A DNA stretch of 64,000 nt from Clostridia bacterium (GTDB lineage: Bacteria; Bacillota; Clostridia; Oscillospirales; CAG-272), in the NCBI GenBank assembly GCA_017415805.1, contig JAFQEC010000008.1, positions 108,111-172,110 on the forward strand, in the 5' to 3' direction. A model generated the notes under the pieces. The model was not told where the DNA came from. It did no database searches and saw only the letters and a list, made by a program, of their open reading frames with translations. Positions within the stretch are counted from its first letter, which is position 1; the number at the start of each line of letters is the position of its first letter. Shown piece after piece: positions 1-8,329 of the stretch. The position numbers were made by a program, and so were the translations under genes.

Positions 1-276
1 GCCATGCTTCTCGCGGACGCGGTCATCGAGAAAAGGAACGAATATGCGCCCTTTTTCACACCGTCCAGGAGCATCTTTACCAAGCAGCTCGCCGCGAACG
101 CCTGGGAATCGACGCGCAATCTGCTCTCGCTTTCCACAAGGCGCTGTCCGCATATGGGCTGTGCGCTCAAATGGAACGCAGCCGAGCATTCGTGGGATTG
201 CCCCTGCCACGGCTCGCGCTTCGGCGAGGACGGCCACGTCATTGAAAACCCCGCGAACCGCGATATCGAGCCCTGA
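1..276 (+). CDS. Rieske [2Fe-2S] domain, C-terminal part of an oxidoreductase (5' end outside window)
   Basis: Open from base 1 in frame of ORF 4..276; Rieske ligand motifs CPHMGC and CPCHGSRF; stop 274-276. Confidence 0.8.
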   Translation, partial: AMLLADAVIEKRNEYAPFFTPSRSIFTKQLAANAWESTRNLLSLSTRRCPHMGCALKWNAAEHSWDCPCHGSRFGEDGHVIENPANRDIEP

Positions 277-310
277 AGCCGCCCCCTTTTTGTAAAAATC
301 CTTTTTTGTC

Positions 311-339
311 TTGCTTTTGCCCCTTCAGAATGTTATAAT
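311..339 (+). promoter_or_regulatory. sigma-A-type promoter (TTGCTT-17-TATAAT)
   Basis: -35 TTGCTT 311-316, 17-nt spacer, -10 TATAAT 334-339, about 30 nt upstream of ATG 371. Confidence 0.5.
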
Positions 340-370
340 ACAAAGGAAGAAAAGCAGAAAGGAAGCGGAT

Positions 371-1093
371 ATGGAACAGATCTATACCATTCCCGTAAAC
401 GAGGCGTTTGAGACCTCTGCCGCCGATCACGCCTGCGGCTGCCCGATGTGCGCGCTCTACCGCAAGCTGGAGGAGAACGAGCTGGAGCTCATCCTCGGTG
501 CCTCGATGATGGAGCCCGACGTGCGCATCAAGACCAACGAGCAGGGCTTTTGCCGCACGCACTACGACATGATGTTCGTGCGCAAGAACCGCCTTGGCAT
601 GGCGCTCACGCTCGAGAGTCACTTAAACGAACTGAAGGACGACCTCTCAAAGGGGCTTCTTTCAACGCTGACGGGCCACCCCGAGGCAAAGCCCCTCAAG
701 CGCATCGCCGCGCTGGAGGACTCCTGCTACGTTTGCTCGCGCGTGGAGTTCCATTTTGCGCATATGGCAGAGACCGTGGTGTACCTTTTTGAAAACGACG
801 AGGCCTTTTTGGGCAAGCTCCGCGCGCAGCCCCTGCTTTGCCTGCCCCACTACCGATTGCTTTTGGAAAAGGGCGCGGCACGCTTGCAAAAAAAGAAGCT
901 GGCCGCCTTTTCCGAGCTGCTCTCGGGAATCGTCAAGGGCTATCTTGACACCCTCTCCGAGGACGTGAGCTGGTTCTGCAAAAAGTTTGACTATCGCTAT
1001 GAGAGCGAGCCCTGGAAGAATTCCAAGGACAGCGTGGAGCGCGCCATCCGCTTTTTGCGCGCCGATCTGCACCGCGCCCCCGACAAAAAATAA
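371..1093 (+). CDS. Cys-rich hypothetical protein (DUF6062-like)
   Basis: ATG 371 after AGGAAG; MEQIYTIPVNEAF..CGCPMC..CRTHY..CYVC resembles clostridial DUF6062 proteins (recalled, not searched); upstream part of ORF 311..1093 lacks an RBS. Confidence 0.7.
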   Translation: MEQIYTIPVNEAFETSAADHACGCPMCALYRKLEENELELILGASMMEPDVRIKTNEQGFCRTHYDMMFVRKNRLGMALTLESHLNELKDDLSKGLLSTLTGHPEAKPLKRIAALEDSCYVCSRVEFHFAHMAETVVYLFENDEAFLGKLRAQPLLCLPHYRLLLEKGAARLQKKKLAAFSELLSGIVKGYLDTLSEDVSWFCKKFDYRYESEPWKNSKDSVERAIRFLRADLHRAPDKK

Positions 1094-1123
1094 GCATCGC
1101 TGCAAATACGTTTCGGAGCAAGC

Positions 1124-1696
1124 ATGAGCAACAAATACGGAAATATGATTGACCTTTTACAGCTGCAAAAGCAGTTTGTGTTAAATCACCTCGGTGCGGG
1201 AGATACCGCCGTGGACTTTACCATGGGCAACGGACACGACACCGAATTTCTCTCCAAAACCGTGGGCGAAACGGGGCACGTATACGCCTTTGATGTGCAA
1301 CAGCAGGCACTTGCCTCTACCGCGCGGAATCTGGAGGCGGCGGGCTGCGTGCCAAACTATACGCTGATCCTCGATTCGCACCACAACGTCAAAAAATACG
1401 TGCAGGGCCCGATCCGCGCAGGGATGTTTAATCTCGGCTATCTGCCGGGAAGCGACAAAACGGTCACCACCATGCGCGAGACCACCATGCCCGCCATTGA
1501 GGCGGCGCTCGATCTGCTGGACCACGGCGGCGTGCTTCTGATCGCGGTCTATCCCGGGCACGCCGAGGGCGATGCCGAGGGCAAAATGGTGCTGGACTAT
1601 CTTGCCACGCTCGACCGCCATTTGATCTGCTGCACGCTGATCCGCATCGTAAACTCCCCCGCCTCGCCCTTCTTTATCGTTGTTGAAAAGAAATAA
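1124..1696 (+). CDS. mnmM: SAM-dependent methyltransferase, YtqB/MnmM-like (tRNA mnm5s2U34 synthesis)
   Basis: Blocks DFTMGNGHDTEFL, FNLGYLPGSDK, AVYPGHAEG, LDYLATLD parallel B. subtilis YtqB (MnmM). Confidence 0.75.
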   Translation: MSNKYGNMIDLLQLQKQFVLNHLGAGDTAVDFTMGNGHDTEFLSKTVGETGHVYAFDVQQQALASTARNLEAAGCVPNYTLILDSHHNVKKYVQGPIRAGMFNLGYLPGSDKTVTTMRETTMPAIEAALDLLDHGGVLLIAVYPGHAEGDAEGKMVLDYLATLDRHLICCTLIRIVNSPASPFFIVVEKK

Positions 1697-1810
1697 CGGC
1701 AAGGGAACAGAACTTTTTGCTACCGTTTGGGCACTTTTGCGTTTTTCGCACACAACGCCGTGAGCCGACCGAGCCCCCGTCACCGACAAGAGCACGAAAA
1801 GGAACGCACG

Positions 1811-2182
1811 ATGAGATCAATGAAGGAAACAAAAGAAAATAAAACAAAACTGATCCTGGAAGCGGTGGTGCTCTGTATCACCCTGCTCGCGGGCATCACG
1901 CTGATCATGGTGGCAGGCCATGTTGATCTGGAGACCTGGCAGCGCGTCACACTCACCGTCATTGCCCTGGTGGTGATCTTTGGCGGCATCGCGGTCGCGG
2001 CCGTACTGGAAATGACCGCAGGCGGCTTTGAGTGCCCGAAATGCGGCAAGTACTTCGTGCCGACAAAAACGGCCTATATTATGGGCATGCACACCGTTAC
2101 GCGCCGCCATCTGCGCTGCCCACATTGCGGCGTGAAGAGCTGGTGCCGCCGCCGTCTTGCACAAAAAGAAGAACAGGAATAA
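1811..2182 (+). CDS. small membrane protein with C-terminal zinc ribbon (hypothetical)
   Basis: ATG 1811 after AAGGAA; two hydrophobic helices, then CPKCG...CPHCG. Confidence 0.6.
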   Translation: MRSMKETKENKTKLILEAVVLCITLLAGITLIMVAGHVDLETWQRVTLTVIALVVIFGGIAVAAVLEMTAGGFECPKCGKYFVPTKTAYIMGMHTVTRRHLRCPHCGVKSWCRRRLAQKEEQE

Positions 2183-2184
2183 AG

Positions 2185-2213
2185 AAAGGTCGCGCGGCGT
2201 GCGCGGCCTTTTT
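2185..2213 (+). terminator. intrinsic terminator
   Basis: GGTCGCGC-ggcgt-GCGCGGCC followed by TTTTT, 3 nt after stop 2182. Confidence 0.7.
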
Positions 2214-2326
2214 CATTGGTCAATTTTCTTTTTTTGTACAAAAATAACGAAAAAGCAAGAATTTTGCCCTTTCGCTTCACATAAAATTATGTTACAATAA
2301 AAGTACCATAAAAAAGGAGCGTTGCG

Positions 2327-3220
2327 ATGAAAACCTACATACTTTATAATCCCCGCGCCGGGCACGGCGACAAGGCCAAGGCTGCCGAGAGCATCGCGCA
2401 TCAATTTGAGGGCGAGGTCGTCATCAAGGATGCCACCACCGTTGCGGATTATGCGGCCTTCGTGGCCCCCCTCACAGCCGAGGACACCGTGGTGCTTTGC
2501 GGCGGCGACGGCACGCTGAACCGCTTTGCGAATGCGGTGCAGGACACCGACTTCGCGTGCGACGTGCTCTACTATGCGGTGGGCACGGGCAATGACTTTC
2601 TGCACGACCTGGGGCTCGAGCCCGGTGCTGCACCCTTTGCGGTAAAAAAATACCTCAAGGATCTGCCCAGCGTCGAGATCAACGGAAAGAATTACCGTTT
2701 TCTCAACGGCATCGGCTTTGGCATTGACGGCTACTGCTGTGCCGAGGGCGACCGATTGAAGGCCATGAGCGACAAGCCCGTCAATTACACGGGCATTGCC
2801 ATCAAGGGCATGCTGTACGCCTACAAGCCGCGCACCGCCACCGTCACGGTGGACGGCGTGACGCACGTGTACAAAAAGGCGTGGATCGCCGCAACCATGA
2901 AGGGGCGCTTTTACGGCGGCGGCATGATGACCGCCCCCGCACAGGCCCGCCTCGCCGAGGACGGCGAGGTCACGCTGGTGCTCTTCCACGGCAAGGGACG
3001 GCTCAAAACGCTCATCGTTTTCCCCTCGATCTTCAAGGGCGAGCACATCCATCACCCCGATATGGTGGCCGTACATAAGGGCAAGGAGATCACCGTGACC
3101 TACGATAGCCCCGCACCCTTGCAGGTGGACGGCGACACGGTGCTGAACGTCACAAGCTACCGCGTCACGGCAGGCAGGGTTTCGGTCAAGACCGCAGACG
3201 AAGCGACCGTAACGGTATAA
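2327..3220 (+). CDS. diacylglycerol/lipid kinase family protein (YegS/DagK-like)
   Basis: GGDGTLN motif, about 300 aa, AAGGAG RBS. Confidence 0.85.
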   Translation: MKTYILYNPRAGHGDKAKAAESIAHQFEGEVVIKDATTVADYAAFVAPLTAEDTVVLCGGDGTLNRFANAVQDTDFACDVLYYAVGTGNDFLHDLGLEPGAAPFAVKKYLKDLPSVEINGKNYRFLNGIGFGIDGYCCAEGDRLKAMSDKPVNYTGIAIKGMLYAYKPRTATVTVDGVTHVYKKAWIAATMKGRFYGGGMMTAPAQARLAEDGEVTLVLFHGKGRLKTLIVFPSIFKGEHIHHPDMVAVHKGKEITVTYDSPAPLQVDGDTVLNVTSYRVTAGRVSVKTADEATVTV

Positions 3221-3229
3221 GAAAAATTA

Positions 3230-3267
3230 AAAAGCAGCGCAGATGCTTTCGCATTTGCGCTGCTTTT
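3230..3267. terminator. bidirectional intrinsic terminator
   Basis: AAAAGCAGCGCA...TGCGCTGCTTTT with inner ATGC/GCAT; A-run 5' and T-run 3'. Confidence 0.7.
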
Positions 3268-3405
3268 GCGAACGAGAGGAACTGCAGTATTCGATGCAGA
3301 AGAAGTGATCTCGGCACGAGAGCTGTATGATATACTGCAAGTGCCGAGAGCGCGCCTAAAAAACACACATAAAAAAATGAAATTCGGCACGAATTTCTAC
3401 CGCAA

Positions 3406-3444
3406 AAGCCGCTTCACCATCAATTTCCGATGGCAAAGCGGCTT
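3406..3444 (-). terminator. probable ppa terminator hairpin
   Basis: AAGCCGCTT/AAGCGGCTT 9-bp stem with inner CCATC/GATGG; U-rich flanks on both strands. Confidence 0.5.
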
Positions 3445-3497
3445 CTTTTATTCTTTTTTGTGTGTTTTTGTTCTGCGCGAATAATACAGTTCCGTTA

Positions 3498-4031
3498 TCA
3501 GGCCTTGCAGAATTTTTCGATGTACCCGTCGATCGCCTCGCGCACGATCTTCTCGGCGGTCTCGCGGTCGTAGAGCTCCTTGATGTCGGTCTGCTTATTC
3601 TCCAGCTGCTTATAGACCTTGAAGAAGTGCATGATTTCATCAAAGATGTGCGGCGGCAGCTCGTCGATCGAGCGAATGTTGTTGTACGTGGGATCGGAAA
3701 ACGGGATCGCAATGATTTTGTCGTCGATATGCCCGTCATCCAGCATACGCATCACGCCGATGGGATAGACGCGGATCAGCGTCATAGCCTGGATCGGCTC
3801 GGCGCAGAGCACCAGCACGTCAAGCGGGTCATTATCGTCGGCATAGGTGCGCGGAATGAAGCCGTAATTGGCAGGATAGTGCGTCGAGGTGTAGAGCACG
3901 CGGTCCAAGCGCAAAAGGCCTGTGCCCTTATCCAGCTCATACTTACAACGGCTGCCCTTCGGGATCTCGATCAGGGCGGTAAAATCGGTAGGGGTGATCT
4001 GGTGCGGATCCATGTCGTGCCAAATGTTCAT
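3498..4031 (-). CDS. ppa: inorganic pyrophosphatase (family I)
   Basis: YPANYGFIPRT..DNDPLDVLV signature, 177 aa. Confidence 0.95.
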   Translation of the reverse strand: MNIWHDMDPHQITPTDFTALIEIPKGSRCKYELDKGTGLLRLDRVLYTSTHYPANYGFIPRTYADDNDPLDVLVLCAEPIQAMTLIRVYPIGVMRMLDDGHIDDKIIAIPFSDPTYNNIRSIDELPPHIFDEIMHFFKVYKQLENKQTDIKELYDRETAEKIVREAIDGYIEKFCKA

Positions 4032-4041
4032 AGTCTTCTCC

Positions 4042-5328
4042 TTATTTTACAAATTCAAATTCAAATCCGTAGAGGTTGACGGTGTGCCCGTCGGTACAGC
4101 CCTTTTCGGTCAGCATCGCAATAATGCCGCTTTTGATGAGTGCCTTTTGGAAGTAGGCAAGCGATTCATAGTCGTCAAAATTGATGCGACCCATCAGATT
4201 TTCAACCCATTTACCTTCAACGAAGAAGGTGTTGTTCTCACGGCGCACCGTGATCTCGCCTGCATCCTCGATCTCCTGATCCTCAGTGATCTCACTCTCG
4301 AAGACCGTAAGGGGCGGCAGGTCGCGCAAGCGCTCCGACACGCGCTTGACAAGTGCGTCCAGCCCCTTGCCCGTTGCCGCCGAGACGTAGTGCAGCTCCC
4401 AGCCGTTCTCCTTGACGAAGGCCTCAAACGCGGTCACATCCACGTACGTGGGATCCAGCATGTCGCTCTTGTTCGCGACGATGATCTGCGGGCGCTCGGC
4501 CAGCACCGCGCTATAGCGCGCGAGCTCGCGGTTGATGGCACGAATGTCCTGTGCGGGGTCACGCCCCTCGGTGGCCGAGATATCCACCACGTGCAAGAGC
4601 AGCCGACAGCGCTCCACGTGGCGCAAAAACGCGTGTCCGAGCCCCGCGCCCTCTGCCGCACCCTCGATAAGGCCCGGGATGTCGGCGGCCACAAAGCCTG
4701 CCTCGCCACCCGTGCGCACCACGCCGAGATTGGGAGAGAGGGTGGTAAAGTGATACGCCGCGATCTTGGGGCGCGCCGAGCTGATGCGCGAGAGGATCGA
4801 GGATTTGCCCACGCTGGGCATACCGATAAGACCCACATCGGCCAGCATCTTCAGCTCCAGCACAAGCTCGCGCTCCTCGCCCTTGGTGCCGTTTTTGGCA
4901 AACATGGGCATCTGGCGCGTGGCGGTGGCAAATCGGCGGTTGCCCCAGCCGCCGCGTCCGCCGCGGCAGCACACAAAGGGCTCGTCATCCGACATATCCT
5001 TGATGATCTTGCCGCTTGCGGCATCGCGGATCAGCGTGCCCTGCGGCACGAGGATCTCGATATCGGCGCCGTTCGCACCGTGGAACTTTTCGCTCTGCCC
5101 GTTGCCGCCGTTCTTGGCCACGAACTTGCGGTGATCGCGGAAAAACAGCAGCGTGGTGGCTCCCTTGTCCACACGGAACACCACGTCACCGCCGTTGCCA
5201 CCGTCGCCGCCCGACGGGCCGCCGTGCGACACGTACTTCTCGCGGTGGAAGGCCACGGCTCCGTTGCCGCCGTCCCCCGCCTTTACATAGATCTTGGTTT
5301 TGTCAATGATTCGCTCGGCATCACGCAT
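4042..5328 (-). CDS. obg: GTPase Obg
   Basis: Obg fold GDGGNGAVAFHREKY, P-loop GMPSVGKS, C-terminal OCT-type domain. Confidence 0.95.
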   Translation of the reverse strand: MRDAERIIDKTKIYVKAGDGGNGAVAFHREKYVSHGGPSGGDGGNGGDVVFRVDKGATTLLFFRDHRKFVAKNGGNGQSEKFHGANGADIEILVPQGTLIRDAASGKIIKDMSDDEPFVCCRGGRGGWGNRRFATATRQMPMFAKNGTKGEERELVLELKMLADVGLIGMPSVGKSSILSRISSARPKIAAYHFTTLSPNLGVVRTGGEAGFVAADIPGLIEGAAEGAGLGHAFLRHVERCRLLLHVVDISATEGRDPAQDIRAINRELARYSAVLAERPQIIVANKSDMLDPTYVDVTAFEAFVKENGWELHYVSAATGKGLDALVKRVSERLRDLPPLTVFESEITEDQEIEDAGEITVRRENNTFFVEGKWVENLMGRINFDDYESLAYFQKALIKSGIIAMLTEKGCTDGHTVNLYGFEFEFVK

Positions 5329-6658
5329 CGGGCACCTCCTCGCCCTTCTGGCGAATGATCAGCTTGATCGGCGTGCCGCGAAATCCAAAGGTCTCACGCA
5401 GGCAGTTCTCGATAAAGCGCTGGTAGGAAAAATGGAACAGCTCCGCATTGTTGCAAAAGATCACGAAGGTGGGGGGGGCGGTGCGGATCTGCGTCATATA
5501 GTAGATCTTGAGCCGCTTGCCCTTGTCCGAGGGGGGCTGCACGCGCGTGGTCGCATCTCCCAGCACGTCGTTGAGCATGCCCGTGGAGATGCGCATTTGG
5601 GTTTGGTTGTATACATACTGAATGTGCTCAAAAATGTTGGGCACACGCTGACCCGTCTTGGCCGAAACGAAGAGCAAGGGCGCGTACTGCATATACCCCA
5701 GCGCCTCATAGACCCGCTTGGTGTACTCGTTCACGGTGCGGTTGTCCTTCTCGACGGTATCCCACTTATTCACCAGAATAATGGACGCCTTGCCCGCCTC
5801 GTGTGCGATACCCGCGATGCGCTCGTCCTGCTCGGTCACGCCCTCGTTGGCATCGACCATAATCAGGCACACGTCCGCACGCTCCACCGCCATATGGGCG
5901 CGCAGAACACTGTATTTTTCGATCTTGTCGTTGATCTTGGACTGGCGGCGAATGCCCGCCGTGTCGATGAAGGTGAACTTGCCGTACTCGTTCTCCACCA
6001 GCGTATCCACCGCATCGCGCGTCGTGCCCGCAATACTGGAGACGATCAGACGCTCACTGCCCACGAAGCGGTTGATGATGGAGGATTTGCCCGCATTGGG
6101 CTTGCCGATCACGGCGACCTTGATCGAATCGTCCTCCTCCTCGGCAAAGTCGGCGTCGGGGATGGCGGCGATCACCGCATCGAGCAGATCTCCCGTGCCC
6201 GAGCCGTGCACCGAGGAAACGGCGATGGGCTCTTGCTCGAAGCCGAGCTCGTAAAACTCATAGTATTCAAAGGGCAGCGACCCCACGCGGTCGCACTTGT
6301 TGATCGCGGGGATGATCGGCTTGCCGCTTTTTTTGAGCATCACCGCAACGTCGCGGTCGGCGGCCGTGAGGCCTGTGCGCACGTCGCAGAGAAACACGAT
6401 GACATCGGCACTCTCCACGGCGATCTCAGCCTGGAGCTTCATCTGCGAGAGGATCAGATCGTCGGTCTTGGGCTCAATACCGCCCGTGTCGATGAGGGTG
6501 AGCTTTTTGCCGCACCACTCGGTCTCGCCGTAGATGCGGTCGCGCGTCACGCCGGGGATATCCTCCACGATCGAGCGACGCTCGCCGATGAGCTTATTGA
6601 ATAACGTGCTTTTCCCCACATTGGGGCGGCCCACGATGGCCACGATTGGTTTTGACAT
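5321..6658 (-). CDS. der: ribosome biogenesis GTPase Der (EngA)
   Basis: Two tandem G domains (GRPNVGKS, GKPNAGKS) plus KH-like C-terminus. Confidence 0.95.
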   Translation of the reverse strand: MSKPIVAIVGRPNVGKSTLFNKLIGERRSIVEDIPGVTRDRIYGETEWCGKKLTLIDTGGIEPKTDDLILSQMKLQAEIAVESADVIVFLCDVRTGLTAADRDVAVMLKKSGKPIIPAINKCDRVGSLPFEYYEFYELGFEQEPIAVSSVHGSGTGDLLDAVIAAIPDADFAEEEDDSIKVAVIGKPNAGKSSIINRFVGSERLIVSSIAGTTRDAVDTLVENEYGKFTFIDTAGIRRQSKINDKIEKYSVLRAHMAVERADVCLIMVDANEGVTEQDERIAGIAHEAGKASIILVNKWDTVEKDNRTVNEYTKRVYEALGYMQYAPLLFVSAKTGQRVPNIFEHIQYVYNQTQMRISTGMLNDVLGDATTRVQPPSDKGKRLKIYYMTQIRTAPPTFVIFCNNAELFHFSYQRFIENCLRETFGFRGTPIKLIIRQKGEEVPDA

Positions 6659-6670
6659 TGTAACACCTCC

Positions 6671-7993
6671 TTACAGGGGGGTCGATTGCCCCAACAGGGC
6701 AGACACAAGAGCCGTTCCGTCTGCGGGAACGGCACGAACCGGTATGTGCAAGCGCTCGGAGAGCTCTGCGGGGGTCATACCGCACAAAAACAGATCACCC
6801 TCGGCACGCAGCATCGCGGCGGGGATGAGAAGCTCGTCCCCGAGCTCCTTGTTTGCAAGCTGCTCGGCAACGTCCTTGCCTGTGAGCAGACCTGCCACCG
6901 TGATCTCGGGACCGAAAAAGCGGTTTTCGATCACGGCAACGCGCACCGAAAGCCCCGAAACGCGGCGCTCCAGCGCGGCGGCCAGCTCCGCGAGCATATC
7001 GCCTGCGGCTTTGCCCGTAACCAGTGTCACGCGACGTTTGAAATCGGCAGGGAGCGAAATTTCGTCCAGATATTTGAGCTCGGCGTAAAACTCCTCGGTA
7101 AGCGAGCGTAGCATGCCTACGCCGTTCTCGATCTGCTCGTAGTCGCCGTAATAGTCCTCCTCGGGGATCGGAAGGCCTGCCTTGAGATAGAACTCGTCCG
7201 CACAGCAAAAGATCCGCACCCCGTGCTTGTCCACGCAAGCATCGCCAAACGCGGTGACCTTCTCGATCACGGCGCGGCACTCCTCGGGACTGAAGGGCTC
7301 CAGCGGGTACAGACCGTCACGGAATTGCGTGAGTCCCGCCGGCACCACCGACACGCTGCTCATGGCAGGGTGCAACCGCGCAAGATCCTCCATGGTGCGG
7401 GTCAGCTCCGCACCGTCGTTGATGCCGCGGCAGAGCACGATCTGGCCGCACAGGCGGATGTCCGCGGCGGCCAAACGGTCGAGGTAGGAAAGTACCTCAC
7501 CCGCGCGCTTGTTCTTCATCATTTCACAGCGCAGGACGGGATTGGTGGTGTGCACCGACACGTTCACGGGCGAGATGTGCATTTTGATGATGCGGTCAAT
7601 ATCCGCATCATGCAGATTCGTCAGCGTGATATAATTGCCGTGCAGGAAGGACAGGCGCGAATCGTCGTCCTTGAAATACAGCGAGGGGCGCAGGCCCTTG
7701 GGCAGCTGATCAATGAAGCAGAAGATGCACTTGTTGGCACAGCACTGCTTCTTATCCATCAGCGGCGTCTCAAACACAAGGCCGATGTCGTCGTACACAT
7801 CCTTTCGGATGGTAACGCTGTACGGCTTCTCCTCGCGCAGCAGCGCGAGTGTGACGGTATGCTCGGCAAGATAAAAGCGATAATCCAGCACGTCGGCAAT
7901 GGCATTGCCGTTGACCGACACCAGCACGTCGTCCGCCAAGATGCCCGCGCGCGCGGCGCGCGTATGTGGCTCGACCGCACAGATCCGAACCAT
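6671..7993 (-). CDS. PDZ + radical-SAM protein of unknown function (DUF512-like)
   Basis: ATG 7993 after AAAGGAG; PDZ-like N-terminus; CANKCIFC (Cx3Cx2C); upstream 25 codons of ORF 6671..8068 lack an RBS. Confidence 0.85.
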   Translation of the reverse strand: MVRICAVEPHTRAARAGILADDVLVSVNGNAIADVLDYRFYLAEHTVTLALLREEKPYSVTIRKDVYDDIGLVFETPLMDKKQCCANKCIFCFIDQLPKGLRPSLYFKDDDSRLSFLHGNYITLTNLHDADIDRIIKMHISPVNVSVHTTNPVLRCEMMKNKRAGEVLSYLDRLAAADIRLCGQIVLCRGINDGAELTRTMEDLARLHPAMSSVSVVPAGLTQFRDGLYPLEPFSPEECRAVIEKVTAFGDACVDKHGVRIFCCADEFYLKAGLPIPEEDYYGDYEQIENGVGMLRSLTEEFYAELKYLDEISLPADFKRRVTLVTGKAAGDMLAELAAALERRVSGLSVRVAVIENRFFGPEITVAGLLTGKDVAEQLANKELGDELLIPAAMLRAEGDLFLCGMTPAELSERLHIPVRAVPADGTALVSALLGQSTPL

Positions 7994-8030
7994 ACCCTCA
8001 CTCCTTTCAACGCATTTGGGAGCTTTGTCG

Positions 8031-8071
8031 CCCCCGAAAACAAGAGCATTGCCCACATGCGTGGGCAACGC
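8031..8071 (-). terminator. terminator/attenuator hairpin downstream of rny, about 26 nt upstream of the DUF512 RBS
   Basis: GCGTTGCCCAC-gcat-GTGGGCAATGC then UCUUGUUUUC on the minus strand. Confidence 0.55.
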
Positions 8072-8243
8072 TCACTTTTTTGTTGTAGTAGCATTTGCGC
8101 CACCGTTTTGCAGGCGCACGCAATCAGCAAGCAATTATCTCGCCGAATAAGAACCAAGCAATTCCGAATCTCGCCTACGGCGAGAAAATGAAGTTTTCTC
8201 GGCGGCACCGCCGCCGCTTTGCTGCGCAAAAACCGAAAACTTT

Positions 8244-8315
8244 GAAGGCGCACCGGAGCCGATGCCCGAAGGCGATGTTTGCCATCGTCGAGGGCTGAGG
8301 CGAGGAGCAACGCCG
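8244..8315. repeat. intergenic hairpin repeat, copy A
   Basis: 26-nt exact match (8267-8292 = 13538-13563); aligns with 13514-13586 and 29899-29969. Confidence 0.85.
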
Positions 8316-8329
8316 AAGTGCGACGGTTA

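Noticed and set aside
3266-3484. 72-aa ORF, or an internal 35-aa peptide MKFGTNFYRKSRFTINFRWQSGFFYSFLCVFVLRE, as a possible type I toxin in the structured dagK/ppa spacer
   Set aside because: There is no Shine-Dalgarno sequence. The hydrophobic stretch is only ~15 residues and C-terminal. The sequence is better explained by hairpin arms. It is kept only as a remote alternative under the spacer finding.
8267-8292. Possibility that the repeat encodes a short peptide (..KAMFAIVE.. in copies A and B)
   Set aside because: Copy C does not conserve the frame or the peptide, and similarity shifts between frames (KARRRR in one, QRRIT in another). Conservation is at the base-pairing level.
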